Shown here piece after piece: positions 57,976 through 64,000 of a stretch of 64,000 nt of DNA. Both the position numbers and the translations under genes were made by a program. The notes below the pieces were generated by a model that made no database searches, was not told where the DNA came from, and saw only the letters and a list, made by a program, of their open reading frames with translations. The stretch spans positions 1-64,000 of IMG/VR virus record IMGVR_UViG_3300025778_000010. The stretch is one strand, 5' to 3'. Origin of the DNA: a virus. Numbering within the stretch: position 1 is the first letter of the stretch; every line of letters begins with the position of its first letter.

Positions 57976-58158
57976 ATGTCAATGTCACGCAAGGACTATG
58001 TTTCAACCGCTGAAATTATTAATTCTTATGCTTCAGAAATTAAACTCGAAGTGCTAGAAGATCTAGTAAATGATTTCATCGAAATGTTCGCATCAGATAA
58101 CGAGCGATTCAATAGCGATAGATTTTGGGACGAGTGTTTTAAAAACACAAATCACTAA
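57976..58158 (+). CDS. hypothetical protein
   Basis: MSRKDY...F..DNERF...RF...C pattern, AAAGGAA SD. Confidence 0.75.
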   Translation: MSMSRKDYVSTAEIINSYASEIKLEVLEDLVNDFIEMFASDNERFNSDRFWDECFKNTNH

Positions 58159-58172
58159 ATAAAAATAAAAGC

Positions 58173-58207
58173 TTAGGCGTAGCAAAATTGCTACGCCTAA
58201 TTTTATT
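58173..58207 (+). terminator. intrinsic (probably bidirectional) terminator
   Basis: perfect inverted repeat TTAGGCGTAGCAA/TTGCTACGCCTAA, T-tract after, A-tract before. Confidence 0.8.
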
Positions 58208-58226
58208 AAAAAATAAAAAAAAATAA

Positions 58227-58267
58227 CGGCGTGTCGGCTTGACAAAGCCGAGCCGAGGGGCTGGCCC
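58227..58267. repeat. composite intergenic element CGGCGTGTCG..TTGACA...GGCTGGCCC (copy 1; others near 59874, 61539, 62916)
   Basis: direct sequence recurrence. Confidence 0.8.
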
Positions 58268-58302
58268 AAAAAATCGGACATTTACGGCATTTAAGACATT
58301 CG

Positions 58303-58335
58303 ATATACACAGATTTATCCACAAGCTGTGGATTA
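58303..58335. promoter_or_regulatory. DnaA-box cluster
   Basis: TTATCCACA (58315-58323), inverted TGTGGATTA (58327-58335), ATATACACA (58303-58311). Confidence 0.55.
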
Positions 58336-58437
58336 TTGTTCATCTTAAATTAACCTAAAACTTACGGCGTGTCGCTTGATTTTTTCGATTTTATCTGATA
58401 AACTTCCAGTTATAAAATTAAATAAAGATATAAAAAA

Positions 58438-58453
58438 TGTGATGTACTTCACA
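58438..58453. promoter_or_regulatory. CRP/GlxR-type box TGTGA-N6-TCACA
   Basis: perfect TGTGATGTACTTCACA; seven near-matches elsewhere in 56.2-63.0 kb. Confidence 0.65.
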
Positions 58454-58562
58454 AAGTACACGCTCCAAATATTGAGACTACTCCCCAGTATACTCGATAG
58501 TAGCGAAAAAGTATGTTAAACTAGCGATAGTTAAACAGTTAAAAAAGAAAGGTGGTCATAAA

Positions 58563-58862
58563 ATGGCTACACTAGAAGTAAAAGTAAATGATAGTTTTGT
58601 TCCGCTTGAGTATGCTCCAAGCGATGTAAAGATTTCTCTTGAGTGGGCGTTAATGAATAATGCTCCAATGGTAGTAAAATCCACTACCCCCGCCGTTGTT
58701 CGTGTTTGCAAAGTTTGCGAATATGCACACGAAGGTTTGTATTGCACAAATTGTTTCACGGGTGAGCGTGTAAATTGCTCCCCTGCTGGCAAGTTTAATA
58801 AATGGTCAAAAGTGATGCGAATCACACCAACTACTTGCAACAAATCTCGGCGTGTCGCCTAG
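58563..58862 (+). CDS. hypothetical zinc-binding protein
   Basis: AAAGGTGG SD; CKVC...CTNC. Confidence 0.6.
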   Translation: MATLEVKVNDSFVPLEYAPSDVKISLEWALMNNAPMVVKSTTPAVVRVCKVCEYAHEGLYCTNCFTGERVNCSPAGKFNKWSKVMRITPTTCNKSRRVA

Positions 58863-58922
58863 ATAATGTCAGTATAATCTGATATAATTCCAACTATCAA
58901 CAAAAAGAAAGGTGGCAACTTA

Positions 58923-59147
58923 ATGCTAATCTCAGAAGCCTTAGAAGGCAAATATGTAAAGTCCTCAAAAGGACAAGGCATAATCCAATATGCAGATTTC
59001 CGAAAGGATATGCACCACTCTACCCCTGAGGGTTATCTTGCTTATGCTTGCAAGGTTCGCCCTACTTATAACCCTGAAGTGCATAAGTTTATTCCAGAAG
59101 ATTTCTGGACAACAATTTATGTCGGATTGGATAGTGAATTACTATGA
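58923..59147 (+). CDS. hypothetical protein
   Basis: AAAGGTGG SD, own promoter. Confidence 0.7.
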   Translation: MLISEALEGKYVKSSKGQGIIQYADFRKDMHHSTPEGYLAYACKVRPTYNPEVHKFIPEDFWTTIYVGLDSELL

Positions 59148-59350
59148 CAATTAAAATTGGTGGGCTAGGGCAGACAATTTCTGCCTATTGCCCAGTATGC
59201 TCTCAAAAGATGACCCATATGTGTATCGCTACACTTGGAACGGGTAAAACAATTCGCTATGAGTGGCAATGCCAGCCTTGCGAATTATCTCTAAAGTCTG
59301 ACTCAACAGGCTATGCTCATCTACTCACAGAAATGGCTTACTATGTCTGA
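59144..59350 (+). CDS. small zinc-ribbon protein
   Basis: CPVC...CQPC; ATGA overlap. Confidence 0.65.
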   Translation: MTIKIGGLGQTISAYCPVCSQKMTHMCIATLGTGKTIRYEWQCQPCELSLKSDSTGYAHLLTEMAYYV

Positions 59351-59459
59351 TAAAATTTTCATATGTGATGAATGTGATACCCTTGCCACAATGTCAGTGC
59401 AAGGTGATACAATAACTATAAATAAATGTAAGTGCTTAACTTTAGAATGGAGCAACTAA
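59343..59459 (+). CDS. small Cys-containing protein (38 aa)
   Basis: MSDKIFICDECDTLATMSVQGDTITINKCKCLTLEWSN; contains a promoter copy. Confidence 0.5.
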   Translation: MSDKIFICDECDTLATMSVQGDTITINKCKCLTLEWSN

Positions 59460-59665
59460 TGTACAAAATTACAACAACCTATGACGGAAATCCCGTCCCA
59501 CACTCTATTCACTCTTATGCTGATGCACTTGATGCGTTTGACTCGTTTGGTCGTTGCACCGATTGGGGATTTGCAGATGAATATGCAACCTACAATTTAA
59601 CTTTACCTGATGGAAAAATGTACACAAAGATTTTTTATCGTAGCGGAAAAGTTGGTGGAAAGTAA
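59459..59665 (+). CDS. hypothetical protein
   Basis: start 59459 (MYKITTTYDG), GGAG SD. Confidence 0.7.
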   Translation: MYKITTTYDGNPVPHSIHSYADALDAFDSFGRCTDWGFADEYATYNLTLPDGKMYTKIFYRSGKVGGK

Positions 59666-59737
59666 TGGCAACAACAATTCACCTTGGCGGAATAGAATCA
59701 GAATGTGAGAAGTGTCGTGAAATTGCGGGAGAAAATA

Positions 59738-59848
59738 ATGAATAAAGTAAATCGTGTTCAAGAGTTGCGGAGATCAAATGCTGCAACTCCAATTCGTAAC
59801 AAGAAAAAATATACACGTAAAAATAAATATAAAAATAAATTTGAATAA
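59738..59848 (+). CDS. small basic protein (36 aa)
   Basis: MNKVNRVQELRRSNAATPIRNKKKYTRKNKYKNKFE; GGAG SD. Confidence 0.6.
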   Translation: MNKVNRVQELRRSNAATPIRNKKKYTRKNKYKNKFE

Positions 59849-60021
59849 ATATTTATAACATTGCATAGCTATGCGACACGCCCGAGTGCGGCTGGCCCCT
59901 GTCAACTCGACACGCCGATTACGGGGTGTGATTTTAATCTCCCAAATACTGGCGGGTACAACTAGATAATGTCAGTGGGTTCTGCTATACTTCCGATATC
60001 AAGAAAAGAAAGGGGCATTAA

Positions 60022-60249
60022 ATGTCTACTGTTGCCACATATTGCAAAGATTGCAATAAGCGTTTATCTGATATTTCAGTATATGACGCTCCCTATACTT
60101 CCGATTCTACTTGCTGGGAGTGTATCTTCAAGTCCTGCGATAACTGCTATGGTCAAGGAATTACTGGATGGGTATCTCCAGATGGTGATTTTGATTTTGA
60201 TTATTGCGAGTGCAACCCACTTTGCCTAACACTAGAAGAGGTCAAATAA
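60022..60249 (+). CDS. Cys-rich zinc-binding protein
   Basis: CKDC, CWEC, CDNC, CEC motifs; AAAGGGG SD. Confidence 0.7.
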   Translation: MSTVATYCKDCNKRLSDISVYDAPYTSDSTCWECIFKSCDNCYGQGITGWVSPDGDFDFDYCECNPLCLTLEEVK

Positions 60250-60440
60250 TGACTAATGAAACTATTTTTGAAGTAGCCTGCCTATACTATGAAGTATGCG
60301 GTACAAGCGAAGTATTCTACTCTGAAGAAGAGTATGATATCTATGGCGATGATTATGTCTGCCCTGAGTGCTATTATCAGATGGCGGAAATGGAGTCTGA
60401 TTCCTTCCCGCTATCTTTAGAATATGATGAGGGGGAATAA
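60249..60440 (+). CDS. small acidic zinc-binding protein
   Basis: start 60249 (MTNETIFEVAC), GAGG SD; CPEC. Confidence 0.65.
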   Translation: MTNETIFEVACLYYEVCGTSEVFYSEEEYDIYGDDYVCPECYYQMAEMESDSFPLSLEYDEGE

Positions 60441-60574
60441 TGTCTGACAAGTCTGCTCAAGATCTATTTAATGAAATGGATACCCTTTGGGATAATTTCA
60501 AGAAAGCCACATGGCAAATGTCAGTGGTGCCTGCTACAATAACATCCTTAACCCAACCAAAGAATGGAAACTAA
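60440..60574 (+). CDS. small hypothetical protein (44 aa)
   Basis: GAGGGGG SD; MSDKSAQDLFNEMDTLWDNFKKATWQMSVVPATI... Confidence 0.5.
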   Translation: MSDKSAQDLFNEMDTLWDNFKKATWQMSVVPATITSLTQPKNGN

Positions 60575-61049
60575 CATGACAACAACCCTAACCCGTGGCG
60601 AAGCCAAAGATACAATTGATTTCGCAATTGAACAATTTATCAACGAGATTGAAGTCTCTGATGATATGCTATTAACGATTACCTATGCCGTAAATAATGA
60701 CTTGCAGATTCGTGATTACTTCCTTGGGCTCCCGTCCGATTATGGTATGCAGGTATGCGTTGATTTTGTCAACTATCTTTCACGAGTAACTAATGCACGA
60801 GAAGGATATGCATATGACACAATTTCTGCAATGTATCATATTGAACAAGGCAACACAGACTTGGCTAAGTCTCTGCTAGAAATTGCAGAAAAAAATAATC
60901 CTGATTATAATCTCATGAAACTTGCGAAGAGAATTCTTTCAGCAGGTTGGCCAGGTTCCGAATTAACTAGAATGCGTAATGAATTGCATTCTTCAGTTGT
61001 GGATACTATCACCGAAGAGCCAAATATTTTAATTGAAGAGGTGGCGTAA
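60564..61049 (+). CDS. DUF4192-like protein (C-terminal helical portion)
   Basis: DLQIRD..L...A..L......PDYNL.KLA.RIL.AGWP pattern. Confidence 0.5.
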   Translation: METNMTTTLTRGEAKDTIDFAIEQFINEIEVSDDMLLTITYAVNNDLQIRDYFLGLPSDYGMQVCVDFVNYLSRVTNAREGYAYDTISAMYHIEQGNTDLAKSLLEIAEKNNPDYNLMKLAKRILSAGWPGSELTRMRNELHSSVVDTITEEPNILIEEVA

Positions 61050-61207
61050 TGTCAGCACCATATGCAACAATTAACGGCGTTGAGGTTCATGAGGACCTCA
61101 ACGGCTATGCCGTGGTCATGAAGAATGGCAAGGTAATTAAAAAGTATACCAACTCAAGAGAAGACGCATTAGGCAAAGCAATGCACTATGCACAGGAGAT
61201 TAAATAA
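61049..61207 (+). CDS. small hypothetical protein (52 aa)
   Basis: GAGGTGG SD; MSAPYATINGVEVHEDLNGYAVVMKNGKVIKKY... Confidence 0.6.
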   Translation: MSAPYATINGVEVHEDLNGYAVVMKNGKVIKKYTNSREDALGKAMHYAQEIK

Positions 61208-61423
61208 ATGGCAAAGCATCCACCAGTCAACAGTGCACAATGGCATTCTGTATTTGCAGATGATCAATGCAAAATTTATCAAGACGGTAACGATGATATT
61301 TTTTTCAAGGTCATGATCAAGGGCCAACGTGTTAAATATTTTTATAATGAAACAGCTCATAGCGACGTTGCACGTTACTGCAGCGACGAGCTTGGAATTA
61401 GCTATTGGTCCGTATTAAATTAA
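61208..61423 (+). CDS. hypothetical protein
   Basis: AGGAG SD; KYFYNETAHSDVARY. Confidence 0.7.
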   Translation: MAKHPPVNSAQWHSVFADDQCKIYQDGNDDIFFKVMIKGQRVKYFYNETAHSDVARYCSDELGISYWSVLN

Positions 61424-61745
61424 TTTAACTTGGGTGGGGAATAAAATGCAAGCGGTAGCATATGTATTGGTCTATGGATCTGCATTCGCTATCGCATGCA
61501 TTTTTTATTTTATATTTTCTAAAAAAGATTTTTAAATGCGGTGTGTCGAGTTGACAACCGTTGATTTTTGGGCTGGCCCGTCAAGCCGACACGCCGTTTA
61601 CGGGGCGTGATTTTAATCACATGGAATGGGCGGGGACAAAACGGACATATCAGACAAATCATTATTTAACTTAGGCTTTACGGGTAGACAGATGTCAGCC
61701 TTATCTGCTAGAATAGGCATACATTAACAGAAAGAAGGAAAAAAT

Positions 61746-62786
61746 ATGACTAACCCAATGTCACAGGTTCATCGCTCAGAAGTTGAGGATGGTTCTGTAT
61801 CTCTTGCTGTATCACTTCGCACAAATCCTGCATGGCACTCTTTTGCTAACAAGGTATTTGCTAAGGATGAGCAAGTCACAACCGCACAAATGCTAGATGC
61901 TGCTAAACTCTCAAATTGGAATGTTTCTCTTGAGTCTGTTTCAGATTTATTGCCAGACAACTATGATTCTGTTAGCGAGAATTTTTTGGTTGTTCGTGAT
62001 AACCCTTACACAGCAGGACAAAAAGATGTTCTCTCAGTTGTAGGCTCACGCTATAAGGCTGTTCAGAATGAAGAACTCTTTTCTTTTGCAGATAACCTAC
62101 ATGATGGAAACCCTGATGTAAATTGGGAAAGTGCAGGTTCTCTAAAGAATGGTCGTGTTGTATTTGGCACAATGTCAATTCCCCGCACTATGGTTCTTGA
62201 CCCTAATGGTGCTAATGACACTACCAATCTTTATCTCGTAGTTTACACTTCACACGATGGTTCAGTTGCGGTTCAATCTGCAATTACCCCTGTTCGTGTT
62301 ATGTGTCAAAACACTCTTAATTTCGCTATGCGTAAGGCTAAGCAATCTTTCAAGATTCGCCACACTCAGACAGTAGATGGAAAAATTGCTGCTGCTCGTG
62401 AGACTCTAGGTCTAACTCTTGCGTACATGGATGAATTCGAAACACAAGCAAAAGAACTTTTCTCTCGTGAAGTGACAAATGCTAAGTTTAGCGAAATCAT
62501 TAACAAGATGTATCCTAAGCCAGAGGCAGATGTTAAGGGTTCAATCAAGAAGTGGGAAAACAAGGTTGTTCTGCTTGATGACCTTTACCATAACTCTCCT
62601 ACTAATGCTAATATCAAGGGTACAGCATGGGGCGTTGTAAATGCTCTAACCGAACGCCTTGATTACTATCGCACAGCCCGCAAGGGAAACAGCGATTCGC
62701 TAATGGCAGGTGCAAGCGGATTTGACCCTGTTATCACAGCAGAAAAAAATAAAATTGTTAAGCAGGTTCTTGCACTTACCGCTTAA
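61746..62786 (+). CDS. DUF932 / LGT_TIGR03299-family protein
   Basis: PAWH, Y..VQNEELFSF, ESAGSLKNG, TSHDGS, TPVRVMCQNTL, IRHT, GTAWG.VNA.TE motifs. Confidence 0.88.
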   Translation: MTNPMSQVHRSEVEDGSVSLAVSLRTNPAWHSFANKVFAKDEQVTTAQMLDAAKLSNWNVSLESVSDLLPDNYDSVSENFLVVRDNPYTAGQKDVLSVVGSRYKAVQNEELFSFADNLHDGNPDVNWESAGSLKNGRVVFGTMSIPRTMVLDPNGANDTTNLYLVVYTSHDGSVAVQSAITPVRVMCQNTLNFAMRKAKQSFKIRHTQTVDGKIAAARETLGLTLAYMDEFETQAKELFSREVTNAKFSEIINKMYPKPEADVKGSIKKWENKVVLLDDLYHNSPTNANIKGTAWGVVNALTERLDYYRTARKGNSDSLMAGASGFDPVITAEKNKIVKQVLALTA

Positions 62787-62792
62787 TAAATT

Positions 62793-62814
62793 GTGAGGGG
62801 CGAAAGCCCCTCAC
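62793..62814 (+). other. GC-rich GNRA hairpin between the DUF932 gene and the tRNA
   Basis: GTGAGGGGC-GAAA-GCCCCTCAC. Confidence 0.7.
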
Positions 62815-62821
62815 CTCTCTT

Positions 62822-62895
62822 GATTCCATAGATCAATTGGTTAGATCGCTACCCTGTCACGGTAGAGGTTGCGGGTTCAAGTCCCGTTGGAATCG
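62822..62895 (+). tRNA. tRNA-Asp(GTC)
   Basis: acceptor GATTCCA/TGGAATC, D arm GATC/GATC, anticodon arm CTACC-CTGTCAC-GGTAG, T arm GCGGG-TTCAAGT-CCCGT; no encoded CCA. Confidence 0.95.
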
Positions 62896-63082
62896 CAAAG
62901 TTTAAATGGTCATCACGGCGTGTCGAGTTGACAAAACAGCTGGGGCGGGCTGGCCCCATAAAATCCATAATGTCAAGTCTTTACGGATGTGATTATAAAC
63001 ACATTTACGGATGACCGATATGTCCGATTTGTCTGCGTGTCTAAATTGATTACTCATGGGTAACTTGCTATAATACTCACCT

Positions 63083-63724
63083 ATGGAAAATGTAAAAGAA
63101 ACTTGGTTCAAATGGGATTATGTATGCCCAAATTGCGATGCACATATTGAGATGACTATTAAATCTAATGGTCATCCACATAGCGAGATTTGTTCTAAAT
63201 GCTATGAGCGTCTAACTCTGATGTCAGTGGTAGATGCTACAATATACCCAACTCAAAAGAAAGAAGAACAAACTATGGAAACAACAATCGCTGAACTTTA
63301 TAACCCAAATATGTTGGTTACATATAAGAAGATTACTGATGGTAATACTGAATATATTACTGATAAGGTAACTGATATTGAGTGGGCTCTTGCTCAATCC
63401 CGCCGTAACTATGAGAGCCTTACAGAGCAACAAAATAATTGGTATCTCAAAGAGTCAAAACTACGCACTTTGCTAAATGATGTATTTCACGATTCAGAAG
63501 ACCAAGACACACTTGAAAAAATTGCTGATATTTTTGATGTTCCACTAACTAAGGAAATCGAAGTAACCGCTTGGGTCAATGTCAATATGACTATCGAAGT
63601 TGATATGCGTGAAGGCGAATATGATGTTGAAGACCTTGTTCGCAATAATCTCACAGTAGATGCCTATGGTGGAGAAATCACAGTTCACGACTTTGATGTA
63701 GACCGAGTAGAGGAGCAATACTAA
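63083..63724 (+). CDS. hypothetical protein (zinc-ribbon N-part; probable second start at 63275)
   Basis: leaderless ATG after TGCTATAAT; CPNC...CSKC; internal promoter at 63222 and in-frame ATG 63275. Confidence 0.65.
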   Translation: MENVKETWFKWDYVCPNCDAHIEMTIKSNGHPHSEICSKCYERLTLMSVVDATIYPTQKKEEQTMETTIAELYNPNMLVTYKKITDGNTEYITDKVTDIEWALAQSRRNYESLTEQQNNWYLKESKLRTLLNDVFHDSEDQDTLEKIADIFDVPLTKEIEVTAWVNVNMTIEVDMREGEYDVEDLVRNNLTVDAYGGEITVHDFDVDRVEEQY

Positions 63725-63996
63725 TGGCAGTAGCAGTTATTGAAGTCCCGTCCCCTGCTCGTATGGCGAACGGGATTAGCAAATGCCTAACCGCTGGAAT
63801 TGAATATGAGATGCTGGGTGGGATGCAGGTAGAGATTACTTGTGCTGATGAGATGAAGTTAGCTAGAATAATTACAGCCTTTGGCGGTAAAATCCTAAGT
63901 GCTTTTAATCATAAACCAATCACACCAGATGCCCCTAAGCACGAAGTCCAATATGCTAGGACACATAGACCAATTCAGACACGCCGAAAGAATTGA
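63724..63996 (+). CDS. hypothetical protein
   Basis: GAGGAG SD, TAATG overlap. Confidence 0.6.
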   Translation: MAVAVIEVPSPARMANGISKCLTAGIEYEMLGGMQVEITCADEMKLARIITAFGGKILSAFNHKPITPDAPKHEVQYARTHRPIQTRRKN

Positions 63997-64000
63997 CATA

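Noticed and set aside
58227-62976. Integron attC array or CRISPR formed by the composite repeats
   Set aside because: No integrase or cas gene in the window, no GTTRRRY/RYYYAAC ends noticed, and kb-scale spacing with several genes per block
1-64000. Alternative genetic code or prophage/host boundary
   Set aside because: Long genes are intact under the standard code, and no integrase, att site or host housekeeping block is visible

Overview
64 kb of a large, AT-rich tailed dsDNA phage genome (siphovirus morphology inferred from a 1568-aa tape measure and no sheath gene). The host is most likely a Gram-positive Actinomycete, inferred from PASTA domains, a CHAP endolysin, extended -10 and leaderless promoters, and a DUF4192-like gene. 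Bases 1-52.4 kb are almost all on the minus strand. In transcription order they encode a glycosyltransferase, class II ribonucleotide reductase, then a ~25 kb block of accessory fibre/appendage genes built from duplicated cassettes. That block contains a U32-family Fe-S/methyltransferase + DUF401 cluster and a PASTA-(Gly-Val)n-Hint protein next to a GT60-like glycosyltransferase. Next come portal, endolysin, protease with a nested scaffold, major capsid, head-tail connectors, major tail protein, -1 frameshifted tail chaperones, tape measure and minor tail proteins. Bases 52.4-56.2 kb hold small enzymes (lytic transglycosylase, permuted NlpC/P60, YkgJ-like, deoC, cupin). Bases 56.3-64 kb form a plus-strand, early-type region of tiny ORFs, a DUF932 gene and tRNA-Asp. 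This region carries dense repeated regulatory DNA: 10 TGTCAG-N7-TGnTANNNT promoters, 8 CRP-type boxes, CGGCGTGTCG/GGCTGGCCC composite elements, DnaA boxes, candidate structured RNAs and a 1.6 kb palindrome-depleted stretch. Family assignments are from motif recognition by eye, not database searches.
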